Origin: an uncultured delta proteobacterium
GTDB taxonomy: Bacteria > Myxococcota > Myxococcia > Myxococcales > Myxococcaceae
NCBI GenBank assembly: GCA_963776345.1
Contig: CAVZMH010000013.1
Location: 215,108 to 279,107 of the forward strand
Direction: 5' to 3'
Length of the DNA: 64,000 bases
Under the pieces are notes generated by a model that searched no databases, was not told the DNA's origin, and saw nothing but the letters and a program-made list of their open reading frames with translations. A program made the position numbers and the translations under genes. How positions within the stretch are numbered: the stretch's first letter is position 1; each line of letters begins with the position of its first letter. Below are positions 32,118 through 41,727 of the stretch, one piece after another.

Positions 32118-32177
32118 CTGAACCTCCGTTCCGTACCGAACGGTACCCCGACCCGCCGACACTGTACAGACATTCAG
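32118..32177. promoter_or_regulatory. Two candidate myxobacterial LexA boxes upstream of recN
   Basis: CTGAACCTCCGTTCCG (32118-32133) and CTGAATGTCTGTACAG (reverse complement of 32162-32177). Each has 2 mismatches to the M. xanthus consensus CTRHAMRYBYGTTCAG as I recall it. Confidence 0.6.
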
Positions 32178-32229
32178 GTCCGCCGAGGGCAAACCCACCG
32201 CGCCCGCGCGTGCGCCCCGGGAGGCGCTT

Positions 32230-35200
32230 TCAGTCCTGGGCGAAGAGCGTCTCGATGTCCTGCTCGGTGAGCTTCTCGGAGAGCCCGCCGCCCGGGCCGA
32301 GGATGCCCTGGGCCAGCGCCCGCTTCCGCTGCTGCAGCGCGAGGATCTTCTCCTCCACCGTGCCGCGGGTGATGAGCTTGTAGGAGATGACCGCCCGCGT
32401 CTGGCCGATGCGGTGCGTCCGGTCGGTGGCCTGGTCCTCCACCGCCGGGTTCCACCATGGATCGTAGTGGAGGACGTAGTCCGCGGCGGTCAGGTTCAGC
32501 CCCGTCCCGCCCGCCTTCAGGCTGATGAAGAAGATGGGCGGCCCGTCCTCCTTGTTGAACGCGTCCACCCGCGCCATCCGGTCCCTGGTCCGGCCGTCCA
32601 GCGAGAGGAACGAGATCCCCCGTGCCTGGGCGTGCGCCTCGAGCAGCCGGAGCATCTCGGTGAACTGGCTGAAGACCAGCGCCCGGTGCCCCTCCGCGAG
32701 GAGGTCGTCCACCAGCTCGTCGAACCGCTCCAGCTTCGCCGAGGGCGGCAGGGCCGCGGTGCCCGGCAGCTTGAGCAGCCGCGGGTCGTTGCACACCTGC
32801 CGGAGCCGGAGCAGCGCGGCGAGGATGGACACCCGGGCCCGCTTGAAGCCGACCTTCTGGATGCTCTCCTGCACCTTGGCCCGGCTCTCCTCGAGCACCT
32901 CGCGGTAGAGCGCGGCCTGCGCGGGCTCCATCTCGCAGTAGGCCACCGTCTCGGTCTTCGGCGGAAGGTCCTTCGCCACCTCGGTCTTGAGCCGCCGGAG
33001 CAGGAAGGGCTGCACCCGCCGCCGGAGCCGCTCGCGCGCGCCCAGGTCGGCGGCCACCTCGATCGGCTGCTCGTACCGCTCGGCGAAGTCCTCCTCGGCG
33101 CCGAGGAAGCCCGGCATCAGGAAGTCGAAGATGCTCCACAGCTCCGAGAGCCGGTTCTCCAGCGGAGTGCCGGTGAGCGCCAGCCGGTGGTCGGCGGGGA
33201 GCGCCTTGCAGGCCTGGGCCGTGGCCGAACCCGCGTTCTTGATGTTCTGGGCCTCGTCCAGGAGCACGTAGCGCCAGCGGGTCTTCGACAGCTCGTCCCG
33301 GTCCCGCCGGGCCAGCGCGTAGGAGGTCAACACCAGGTCTGCGCCGGCGAGGTCCTCCACCCGCTCGCGACGGTCCTGCCCGTGCCACACCGCGACGCGC
33401 AGCCCCGGGGTGAAGCGCTCGGCCTCGCGCTGCCAGTTGGGGAGCACGCTGGTCGGGGCGACCACCAGCGACGGCCCGGGCCCGTCGACGTTCCGCGCCT
33501 GCTGGAGCAGCGCCAGCGCCTGCACCGTCTTCCCGAGCCCCATGTCGTCGGCGAGGATGCCGCCGAGGCCGTGCCGGTGGAGGAACCACAGCCAGGAGAG
33601 GCCGTCCTCCTGGTAGTGCCGGAGCGTGGCGGTGAGGCCCTCGGGCGGGGGCACCGCGGGGATGCGCGACAGCTCCTTGAACTCGGCGATGGCAGAGCGG
33701 GCGCGGGCCTCGAACCGGGCGCCCTCGCCGAGCGCAGTCAGCGCATCGAGCGCGCCGGCCTGGTACGGCGGCAGCTCCGTCCGCTCCTTCCCGGGCAGCG
33801 CGCCGGCCTCCTCGAGCAGGTCCGCGGCCCGGGTCAGCTCCTCGCGGTCCGCCTCGGCGTAGCTGCCGTCCGGGAGCGGGATGAAGCGCCGTCCGGAGCG
33901 GAGCCACAGGCGCACCGCGCCGAGGTCCACCATCTGCTCCTCGGCCTCGAAGCGCGCATCCAGCTCGAACCAGCCGTTGTTCCCGGTGGCGACGCGCACC
34001 CTGGGGCGGAGCTTCTTCCGCATCCGGACCTTGGGGGCCCTGGCGAGGAAGCGCTCCCAGTCCGCGGGGAGCGAGGAGAGCCCGGTGCTCCAGAACGTCA
34101 CCGCGGCGTCCCCGGTGGCCTCGTAGACGCTGCCCTGCGGGTCGTACTTGAACCCCAGGCCGAGCAGCGCCTGGCCCGCCTCGCGCTCGGCGGCCTCCTG
34201 GCGGCGGTACAGCGTCCGGCCCTGGCCCCCGGGCGCGGCCGCGTATCCGAGGTGGATGGCCGTGGGCGAGACCGGAACCGTCGCCGTGCCGTAGCGCGCG
34301 GCGAGCTGGGCCCGCGCCTCCTCCGCCGAGCCCTCCAGGGTGAGGAGGAAGACGGGGCGGCTGTCCTCCACCACGTCCAGACCGTCCGCCCGGAGACGCA
34401 GGTCGATGCGCGGCAGGTGCGCGGCGAAGAAGGACAGCACGCGCTCCACCTGGGCCGCGGGGAAGGACATGCTCGGCTCGCGCATCCACGCCCGCCACAT
34501 CCGCGCGGGGAGGTCGGGCTCCAGCGCGTGGGCGGTCTGCCCCTCGAGGAGCACCGTGCTCCTCCGGCCGATGAGGAGCAGCGAGGTGTCGAACCCGGTC
34601 GTCCGGCCGTCGGGGAGCTGGAACTCGATCTTCGCCCGCGCCCCGGCAGGCGTCGACGAGAAGTGGATCTGCGGACGCGCCGGCTCGGCCGAGAACTGGA
34701 GCGGCGTCCCCCGGTAGACCACCCGCCGCGAGCGAAGGAGCGGAAGGAGGTCGGCGACGTCGTCGTCGGTGAGGATGAACTTGCCGTCGAACCGGCTCTC
34801 GTGGCGGGCGAGCTCGCCGAAGACCAGCTCGTCGGCCGGGGACAGCCGGGTGCCACCCGAGAGGAAGCGCTTGACCGACAGCGGACCGCCGTCCTTGCCG
34901 TCCCGCCGGCGCACGTCGAACAGCCAGGAGCGCCCCGAGGCGCGGGGGTGGGCCGGCGCGAGCCGGTAGACGAACGCCGGCTCGCCCGCCGCGGACACCC
35001 CGAGCCACGACTCGAGCTTGGCCAGCGCCGGCAGCGGCACGACCTCGGCGGGGCGGGCGGCATCGGCTGGACGGGGCGGCCCGAGTCCAGCCGCGCGGTC
35101 GGCATAGGCCAGGGCCACCGCGTGCTTGCAGTGCGGGCCGTACTCGCCCCAGGCCGGACAGCTGCACCGCGACCTGACCGTGTGGTCCGGGTTCAGGCCG

Positions 35201-35409
35201 ACCTCCACCTGGTAGACCTCGCCCGAGCTCCCGGCGACCTCGCCGCGGCGCAGGCCATCGGCGTCGTCGGACCACCGCCTCACCCGGCCCTCGCGGGCGA
35301 CGTCCCGTCCCTTCTTGAAGCTGGTGGGCTGCACCTCCGCGCGGAGCGCGTCGATCAGCGCGAGGGGGTTGCGCGCGGCTGCTTGGTCAGGCTCGGGAAG
35401 AGGATCCAC
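32230..35409 (-). CDS. SWIM zinc finger plus SNF2-family helicase
   Basis: CSCP...CKH SWIM, LADDMGLGKT, LDEAQNIKN, LTGTPLEN, FSQF, GGTGLNLT, WWNPAVEDQATDRTHRIGQ. Confidence 0.96.
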   Translation of the reverse strand: MDPLPEPDQAAARNPLALIDALRAEVQPTSFKKGRDVAREGRVRRWSDDADGLRRGEVAGSSGEVYQVEVGLNPDHTVRSRCSCPAWGEYGPHCKHAVALAYADRAAGLGPPRPADAARPAEVVPLPALAKLESWLGVSAAGEPAFVYRLAPAHPRASGRSWLFDVRRRDGKDGGPLSVKRFLSGGTRLSPADELVFGELARHESRFDGKFILTDDDVADLLPLLRSRRVVYRGTPLQFSAEPARPQIHFSSTPAGARAKIEFQLPDGRTTGFDTSLLLIGRRSTVLLEGQTAHALEPDLPARMWRAWMREPSMSFPAAQVERVLSFFAAHLPRIDLRLRADGLDVVEDSRPVFLLTLEGSAEEARAQLAARYGTATVPVSPTAIHLGYAAAPGGQGRTLYRRQEAAEREAGQALLGLGFKYDPQGSVYEATGDAAVTFWSTGLSSLPADWERFLARAPKVRMRKKLRPRVRVATGNNGWFELDARFEAEEQMVDLGAVRLWLRSGRRFIPLPDGSYAEADREELTRAADLLEEAGALPGKERTELPPYQAGALDALTALGEGARFEARARSAIAEFKELSRIPAVPPPEGLTATLRHYQEDGLSWLWFLHRHGLGGILADDMGLGKTVQALALLQQARNVDGPGPSLVVAPTSVLPNWQREAERFTPGLRVAVWHGQDRRERVEDLAGADLVLTSYALARRDRDELSKTRWRYVLLDEAQNIKNAGSATAQACKALPADHRLALTGTPLENRLSELWSIFDFLMPGFLGAEEDFAERYEQPIEVAADLGARERLRRRVQPFLLRRLKTEVAKDLPPKTETVAYCEMEPAQAALYREVLEESRAKVQESIQKVGFKRARVSILAALLRLRQVCNDPRLLKLPGTAALPPSAKLERFDELVDDLLAEGHRALVFSQFTEMLRLLEAHAQARGISFLSLDGRTRDRMARVDAFNKEDGPPIFFISLKAGGTGLNLTAADYVLHYDPWWNPAVEDQATDRTHRIGQTRAVISYKLITRGTVEEKILALQQRKRALAQGILGPGGGLSEKLTEQDIETLFAQD

Positions 35410-35529
35410 GGCGAACCTCCAGGGCTAACACGAACCGCGCGCGCTCGCCGTGTCATCCGTGTCGCAGTGCGACCCGAGCCCGCGGGCCTTGCCCCCCGCC
35501 ACTGGAGTCCAGTAACAGGCGCGCTCCGA

Positions 35530-37002
35530 ATGCCCTTCGCGGCCGCCGAGCGCCCGGTCCGGTTCGTGGCCCTGGCCTGGACCAGCGGGCTCCTGGCCGT
35601 CCTCACGGGCGCCCGGCTCCTGGTCGAGGCGCTGACCCGGACGCGGCTCCTCCTCGACCACCCCTCGGGAGCGTGGGCGACGCTGGCGGACGACATCCTC
35701 CACGGCACCTTCTACCGCCCGGTCGAGTCGCCCCTGGGCTGGGGAGGCACGCGCTACCCGCCGGTGTACCCGCTGCTCTACGCCGGCGTGGCCCGGGTGG
35801 TCGGGTCGCTGCCCACCGCGGCCGAGCTGCTCGAGCTGCTCGCGCTGGCGGCCCTGGTGGGGTGCACCTTCCTTCTGCTCGAGCGGCTGGGCGTGCGGCG
35901 GCGGCTCGCGGTCCCCGGCGCGGCGATGGTCCTGGCGCTGGTCCCGGTGCAGGCCCTGCTCGGGCTCGGGAAGGCGGACCTCCTGGCCTCGGCCTTCGCC
36001 ATCGCGGGGCTCCTGATCGCCTCGCGCGAGGGCGGCCGCCGGGCCGACGTCCTGATCGCCCTCCTCTTCTGCCTCGCGGTGCTCACCAAGTGGACCGTCC
36101 TGGGCTCGATGCTGGGGTGGGTGACCCACGCCTGGATCCACGGCCGGCGCCGCGTCGCCGCGGAGCGGGCAGCGCTGTTCGGCGGGTTGCTCGCGGCCGG
36201 CACGCTTGGAGCCCAGCTGGCGAGCGGCGGCCAGATGCTGCTCCAGCTCCGCGCCTGCGCCACCGGCGGCGGGGACACCGAGCAGCTGCTCACGGCGCCG
36301 CTGAAGCTCCTCCTGAACTCGGACCCGGCCGACCTCCTGCTGGTCATCCTCGCCTGCGGCGTCCTCGCGGCCGCCCCCCGGGGGACCTGGCGCTCGCTGC
36401 CCGTCCTGGCCTTCGTCTGGACGGGGCTCTGCCTGCTGGCCACCTTCACCTCCGCCGGCATCGCCGGGAATCACCTGCTGGACCTCACGGTGCTGGCGCT
36501 GGTCGTCCTCCTCGCGGGGGTCGAGCGCGGGGTGGTGCCGCTCCGGTTCGCGGCGGTCGTCCTCCCGCTCTACACCGTCGTCACCGTCAGCCGGTTCTCC
36601 CCGGAGGTCGTCGAGGGTCTCCAGACGCCCCGGCCCGCCGAGCTGCTCGGGGCGCTGGGCGCAAGGTCGGAGGGGCCGCTCCTCGCGGAGAACCCATGGG
36701 TCCCGCTCCTGGCCGGAGAGCGGCCGGTGCTCGCCGACCCGTTCGCCTTCCGCATCCTCGCGCTTGGCCGCCCGGAGCTGATGCAGCACCTCACCCGCGA
36801 CCTGGACGCCCACCGGTTCCGCGCGGTCGTGCTCCGCTGGCCCGCGGACCATCCCGACGGGCGCGCGTGGTACGCGGGAACGCACTTCGGCCCCGGGTTC
36901 GTGGACGCGCTGAGCCGCTCGTACGTGCGCGTGGCGAGCTTCCGGACCAAGCCGAGGCCGTACTGGACCCACGACGTGTGGCGGCCGGCTCCGGACCGCT
37001 AG
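35530..37002 (+). CDS. Polytopic membrane protein, GT-C-like
   Basis: 3' part of ORF 32413..37002 from ATG 35530. Many TM segments, YPPVYP, KAD and LTK motifs, and a soluble C-terminal domain. Confidence 0.6.
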   Translation: MPFAAAERPVRFVALAWTSGLLAVLTGARLLVEALTRTRLLLDHPSGAWATLADDILHGTFYRPVESPLGWGGTRYPPVYPLLYAGVARVVGSLPTAAELLELLALAALVGCTFLLLERLGVRRRLAVPGAAMVLALVPVQALLGLGKADLLASAFAIAGLLIASREGGRRADVLIALLFCLAVLTKWTVLGSMLGWVTHAWIHGRRRVAAERAALFGGLLAAGTLGAQLASGGQMLLQLRACATGGGDTEQLLTAPLKLLLNSDPADLLLVILACGVLAAAPRGTWRSLPVLAFVWTGLCLLATFTSAGIAGNHLLDLTVLALVVLLAGVERGVVPLRFAAVVLPLYTVVTVSRFSPEVVEGLQTPRPAELLGALGARSEGPLLAENPWVPLLAGERPVLADPFAFRILALGRPELMQHLTRDLDAHRFRAVVLRWPADHPDGRAWYAGTHFGPGFVDALSRSYVRVASFRTKPRPYWTHDVWRPAPDR

Positions 37003-38309
37003 AGCTTCAGCGCGAGGAACGCCGCTCCGACCAGGTAGATGGCCACGGAGAGCCCGAGCGCCGTCCCGATGGCGGGCGGCCGCCACCGGGCGAGCCCCAT
37101 GCCGGTGAGCAGGAGGAGGGGCACGGTGAAGTCGAGCGTGTAGCGCGGCCCCCACTGCACGTATCCCGTCCCCATCACCAGAAAGATGGGGATGGCGGTG
37201 AACACGATGGAGGCGACCAGCGCTCGCACCGAGCCGCGTGGTCCGCCCCGCGCCCAGAAGGCGGCGAGGAAGACCGGTGTCATCCAGAAGAGGCCGCCGC
37301 CCTGGAGGCTCTCGAGGCCGGGGACGAGCGGATAGGTGAGCAGCTCGTAGAAGACGTTGCGCGGCAGGTAATGGAGGCTGAACGCGCCGTACCGGGCGAA
37401 GTCGTCGACGAAGACGCCGCCCATCCGATGGAAGCGGAGCCCGGTCTCGAGCAGGGAGCCGAAGCGCGCGACGTCGTACGCGCCGAGCAGGGCCACCGCG
37501 GCGAGGACCGGGAGCGCCATCGCCGCGAGGACGCCCAGGCGCCTCCTCCCGGTCGGCTCCTTCGAGAGCAGCGCCCAGACGGGCCAGACCCCGGCGACGA
37601 CGAGGTGGGGCCGGGTGGCGAGGGCGGCCGAGAGCGCGAGGCCCGCCGCGAGCGCGCCAGCTGGCCCGCGCAGGCGGATGGCCGCGAGGTAGGCCAGCCC
37701 GAGCGCGGCGAAGCCGATGAGCTGGCCGGTGAACCAGACCCGCCCGAACGGAGCGAGCGTGAGGTGCACCGACCCGAAGGCGAAGCAGGTGACGAGCGCC
37801 CCGCGCCGGACCCGGTCGAGGCGGACCCGGCGCCCGGCCACCGCGGCGCGGAGGAGCACCGCCACCAGCGCCACGTCCAGCGCTCCGAGGAGGACGGTGA
37901 AGGCCACGTCGCTGAACCGCACCCCCCACACCGCGACGAAGGGCACGAGCAACAGCGCCGGGAACGGGCCCCAGTACAGGTGCAGCTTCCCCTCGAAGAC
38001 GCTCAGGTCGTGGGTGTCCGGCGGGGTGAGCCTCAGGCTGGTCTGCCCGTGGAGGAACGCGTCGGCGAGGTACTGGTAGTACGGGAACGGCGAGACCCCG
38101 CCCGGGTCGCCATGCCAGAGCGCGAAGGCGGCGTAGACGACCAGCGCGGCGCCCGCGGCCACCAGCGGGCGGTCGGCGAGCGCGAGCACCGCCCACGGGC
38201 GCCCGTGCCAGCGCGCGCTCGAGAGCGCGGCCGTGGCGCCGGCGGACGTCTCCGGGACGAGCGTGCCTCGAGCCGCCGGAGCACCGGGCGAGCCGGCCGG
38301 CTCGCTCAT
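36999..38309 (-). CDS. Polytopic membrane protein, GT-C-like
   Basis: YYQYLADAFLHG, DLSVFEGKLHLYWGPFPA, LATRP, RFGS..ETG, WGPRYTLDF. Confidence 0.65.
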   Translation of the reverse strand: MSEPAGSPGAPAARGTLVPETSAGATAALSSARWHGRPWAVLALADRPLVAAGAALVVYAAFALWHGDPGGVSPFPYYQYLADAFLHGQTSLRLTPPDTHDLSVFEGKLHLYWGPFPALLLVPFVAVWGVRFSDVAFTVLLGALDVALVAVLLRAAVAGRRVRLDRVRRGALVTCFAFGSVHLTLAPFGRVWFTGQLIGFAALGLAYLAAIRLRGPAGALAAGLALSAALATRPHLVVAGVWPVWALLSKEPTGRRRLGVLAAMALPVLAAVALLGAYDVARFGSLLETGLRFHRMGGVFVDDFARYGAFSLHYLPRNVFYELLTYPLVPGLESLQGGGLFWMTPVFLAAFWARGGPRGSVRALVASIVFTAIPIFLVMGTGYVQWGPRYTLDFTVPLLLLTGMGLARWRPPAIGTALGLSVAIYLVGAAFLALKL

Positions 38310-39874
38310 GCTCCCCCCTTGACGTAGAGCACCAGCGGGCCCTGGACGAACACCCGCCGGAAGCTCGGCGGGACCAGCTCCGCGAACCCCGGCTGCTCGT
38401 CCCAGGTGAGCAGGTGGTCGAACCGTGGCTCGGCGATGGCCCAGAAGCGGCGCCAGCGCTCCTCCCAGAGCCGGCGGCACTCCTCCGGCGGGCGCTCCCG
38501 GCCCTCGCACACCGCCTCGGGCGTGCGGTTGGCCATCGCCATGACGTCGATGGCCGGCGGGAGCAGCTCGGGCGGAGCCCAGCGCACGTAGGTGAGCGGG
38601 TACGAGCGCTCCACCGCGAAGAGGAGCGGCGCCGTGGTCCGGCGGGCGAGCACGTAGTGTCCCCAGGCGTGCTTCAGCGGTTCGGTGAACACCGCGCTCC
38701 CGTGCTGCTCGAACACCAGCGGCAGCAGGCGCGCACCCTCCGCCACGTGGGGAATGGCGGCGCAGAACTCCTGCCGATCGCGCTCGAGCCGCCGGTAGTC
38801 CACCACCATCCCCAGGGCATAGAGCGCCGCTGCCCCGGCGAGACCGCGGACGAGGCCAGAGGGCATCGGCGCCGGCGCGCGGAGCAGCAGCCCCGCCCAG
38901 AGGAAGGGGATCATCCGCGCGTTGAACAGCCCCCAGTTGCTCTGCGAGGCCGGCAGCGCGAGGTAGAGGACGAGGAGCACCGCCATCGCCGGCCAGCGGA
39001 AGTAGGGTACCGGGCGCATCCGCTCGCGCCAGGCGGCGACCAGCAGCACGGCGGCAGGGAGCATCGCCGACGCCTCGAGCCAGCCGAACCCGCCCGGGCC
39101 GTGCGTCCAGAGCTGCGCCAGGGTGTCGAGCGGCGAGGAGTAGTGGACGCCGGCATCGAGCAGCGGCGGGCGCGCCTCGGGCTTGAGCCAGTGCACGGCG
39201 GCGGTGGCCAGCGAGAGGAGCAACGCCGGCACGAGGGGCCCGAGCGCCCGGAGCAGACGCCGTGGCCAGGTGCGCCAGGGTGCGGCGAGCAGCACCTCGA
39301 GGCCGACCAGCCCCGTGGCCACGGTGATCGGGAACGGGTGCGCGTACCAGGCGCCGACGCCCAGGGCTCCGAGCCCGAGCGCCTTCGCCGCCCCGGGCGC
39401 ACGCTCGAGGCGGTGGGCGAGCGCCAGCGCCCCGAGCGCCCCGGCCGTCCCCACCGAGAAGTTGAGCAGGCCCACCGGAACGAAGAGCCCGTGCACCAGC
39501 GGCCAGCCGAGGAGGGCCACCGAGGGGAGGCGCTCGGGTCCGGCGAGGCTCCAGCCGAGCCAGGCCAGCGCCGCCGCCATCGCCGCGAGGGTACAGCCGA
39601 CGAAGAGGCGCGCGGCGCCGACGAGCCCGAGAGGGCCGCCGAGCAGGTGGAACCACAGCGCAAGCAGCGCGTTGGAGCGGAGGAAGCCGTTGGCCTGGAG
39701 GTCCGGGTAGTCGGCGAGGTGCTCGGTGATGAACGCGCTCGCCAGATGGTTGGGGAGGTCCTGGAGCGGCGGCACGGTGCCGAGCAGAAGCGGCGCGGCG
39801 GCGACCGCGAAGAGGGCGAGGGCGGCCCGGCCCGGGCGGCCGAACCAGCGCTGGGGCCAGCCGTCCTGGCTCAT
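38306..39874 (-). CDS. Polytopic membrane protein (putative GT-C-like)
   Basis: PPLQDLPNHLA N-terminal loop, GLLNF, YAHP, many TMs. Overlaps both neighbours by 4 nt. Confidence 0.6.
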   Translation of the reverse strand: MSQDGWPQRWFGRPGRAALALFAVAAAPLLLGTVPPLQDLPNHLASAFITEHLADYPDLQANGFLRSNALLALWFHLLGGPLGLVGAARLFVGCTLAAMAAALAWLGWSLAGPERLPSVALLGWPLVHGLFVPVGLLNFSVGTAGALGALALAHRLERAPGAAKALGLGALGVGAWYAHPFPITVATGLVGLEVLLAAPWRTWPRRLLRALGPLVPALLLSLATAAVHWLKPEARPPLLDAGVHYSSPLDTLAQLWTHGPGGFGWLEASAMLPAAVLLVAAWRERMRPVPYFRWPAMAVLLVLYLALPASQSNWGLFNARMIPFLWAGLLLRAPAPMPSGLVRGLAGAAALYALGMVVDYRRLERDRQEFCAAIPHVAEGARLLPLVFEQHGSAVFTEPLKHAWGHYVLARRTTAPLLFAVERSYPLTYVRWAPPELLPPAIDVMAMANRTPEAVCEGRERPPEECRRLWEERWRRFWAIAEPRFDHLLTWDEQPGFAELVPPSFRRVFVQGPLVLYVKGGA

Positions 39875-40845
39875 CGGGCGATGGACGTAGGACCGCGGTC
39901 CCGCTCGCTGGCCACGCCGTCCGAGATCTCCTCGGCGACGATGTAGAGGGGCCGGCGCTTCACCTGCTCGTAGATGCGTCCCACGTACGAGCCCACGATT
40001 CCAAGGAGCAGGAACTGGGCGGCGGCGATGAGCGTGACCACGATGATCAGCGAGGTCCAGCCCTGGATGGTCACGTGCCGGATGAAGTGCTCCTCCAGCG
40101 CCCACGCCGCCACCGCGAGGGAGAACACCCCGACCACCAGGCCCAGGTAGGTCGCCAGCCGCAGCGGCAAGGTGCTGAACGAGGTGATGCCGTCCATGGC
40201 GAAGCCGGCCATCTTCCCCACCGAGAACTTGGTCACCCCTGCGCCCCGCTCGGGCCGGTCGTACTCCACCACGGTCTGGCGGAAGCCCACCCAGGCCACC
40301 AGCCCGCGGAGGAACCGGTGCGTCTCCTCGAGGCCTCGCATCGCCAGCACCACCCGGCGGGACATCAGGCGAAAGTCGCCCGCGTCCTGCACGGTGGGGA
40401 TGGGCGCGATGGAGGCGAAGAGCCGGTAGAAGAGGCCGGCGGTGAAGGACTTGAATGCCGAGTCGTGCTCGCGGCGGCGTCGACGGGCGTGCACCACGTC
40501 GAAGCCCTCGCGCCAGCGGGCGACGAGCTGCTCCACCACCTCCGGCGGGTCCTGGAGATCGGCGTCCATCACCACCACCGCCTCACCGAGCGCGTGGTCG
40601 AGCCCGGCGGTGATGGCCGGCTGGTGCCCGAAGTTGCGCGAGAGGCTCAGGATGCGGAGCCGCGGGTCGGCGCGGACGGCGTCCTTCAGCAGCGGCAGCG
40701 TCCGGTCCGCCGAACCGTCGTCGATGAAGATGACCTCGGTCGGGAGCGTGAGCCGGTCGAGGAGCACGCGCAGGCGCTCGAGCAGTGCGGGGAGGACCTC
40801 CTCCTCGTTGAACACCGGAAGGACCAGCGACAGGGTCGGAGCCAC
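39871..40845 (-). CDS. GT2, GtrB/ArnC-like polyprenyl-phosphate glycosyltransferase
   Basis: LPVFNEE, IDDGSADRT, SRNFGHQ, MDADLQDPPE, GDFRLMSR, two C-terminal TMs, YVGRIYEQVKRRPLY. Confidence 0.93.
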   Translation of the reverse strand: MAPTLSLVLPVFNEEEVLPALLERLRVLLDRLTLPTEVIFIDDGSADRTLPLLKDAVRADPRLRILSLSRNFGHQPAITAGLDHALGEAVVVMDADLQDPPEVVEQLVARWREGFDVVHARRRRREHDSAFKSFTAGLFYRLFASIAPIPTVQDAGDFRLMSRRVVLAMRGLEETHRFLRGLVAWVGFRQTVVEYDRPERGAGVTKFSVGKMAGFAMDGITSFSTLPLRLATYLGLVVGVFSLAVAAWALEEHFIRHVTIQGWTSLIIVVTLIAAAQFLLLGIVGSYVGRIYEQVKRRPLYIVAEEISDGVASERDRGPTSIAR

Positions 40846-41690
40846 TACCTCTCCCCCCAGTGAAGCTTCTGCCGGAGGATGCCGAAGTAGTCGATGTTGG
40901 GGTTGCCCACCAGCACCGTCCGGTGCGGCGAGCGCCAGACCTCGAGCCGATCGCCCCGCTGGAGCGGGTGTCCCGCCTGCCCGTCGAGCGTGAGGTAGAT
41001 GTCGGCGACCTCGGAGGGGAGCACCACGTTCACCACCTGGTCCCCGGGGACGACGAACGGCCGCTGGGTCAGGGCGTGGGGACAGATGGGCGCCACCACC
41101 GCGCACTCGAGCGCGGGGTGGAGGATGGGGCCGCCGGCGGCGAGCGCGTAGGCGGTCGAGCCGGTGGGCGTGGCGATGATGACGCCGTCGGACTTGAAGG
41201 TGGTCATGAACTGCCCGTCGAGGCTGACCTCGTGGTCGGCGATGCGGGCCAGGGCACCCTTGTTGATGACCACGTCGTTGAGGACCTCGTCCTCGATGAC
41301 GACCTTGCCCCCGCGGTGGAGCCGGCAGGCCAGCTTCATGCGGGTGTGGAGGCGGGCCTTGCCGGCGAGCGCCTCCGCGAGCCGGGGGAAGAGCTCGGTG
41401 CGCGGAATCTCGGTCAGGAAGCCGAGCGAGCCGAGGTTCACCCCGAGGATGGGCACCGCGCGCCCACGCACCATCCGGGCGGCGTGGATGAGGGTGCCAT
41501 CGCCGCCGAGGACGAGGACCAGCTCGGCCCGGCGCCCCATCTCCTCTCGCGGGGTGGCCGGCCAGCCGGTGGCCGCGGCGAGCTCGGGGTCGACGAGCAG
41601 CTCCAGCTCGGGGAACCGGGCACGCACCTCGCGCGCGAGCGCCACCGCCTCGGCGCTCCCCCGCTTCACCACCACGGCGACCGTCTTCAC
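40845..41690 (-). CDS. nadK: NAD kinase
   Basis: LGGDGT, NLGSLGFL, LNDVV, ATPTGSTAYALAAGGP. Confidence 0.96.
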   Translation of the reverse strand: MKTVAVVVKRGSAEAVALAREVRARFPELELLVDPELAAATGWPATPREEMGRRAELVLVLGGDGTLIHAARMVRGRAVPILGVNLGSLGFLTEIPRTELFPRLAEALAGKARLHTRMKLACRLHRGGKVVIEDEVLNDVVINKGALARIADHEVSLDGQFMTTFKSDGVIIATPTGSTAYALAAGGPILHPALECAVVAPICPHALTQRPFVVPGDQVVNVVLPSEVADIYLTLDGQAGHPLQRGDRLEVWRSPHRTVLVGNPNIDYFGILRQKLHWGER

Positions 41691-41727
41691 CTTGGGCCGA
41701 AGCTCTTACTACAAGGAGGGTCCAACC

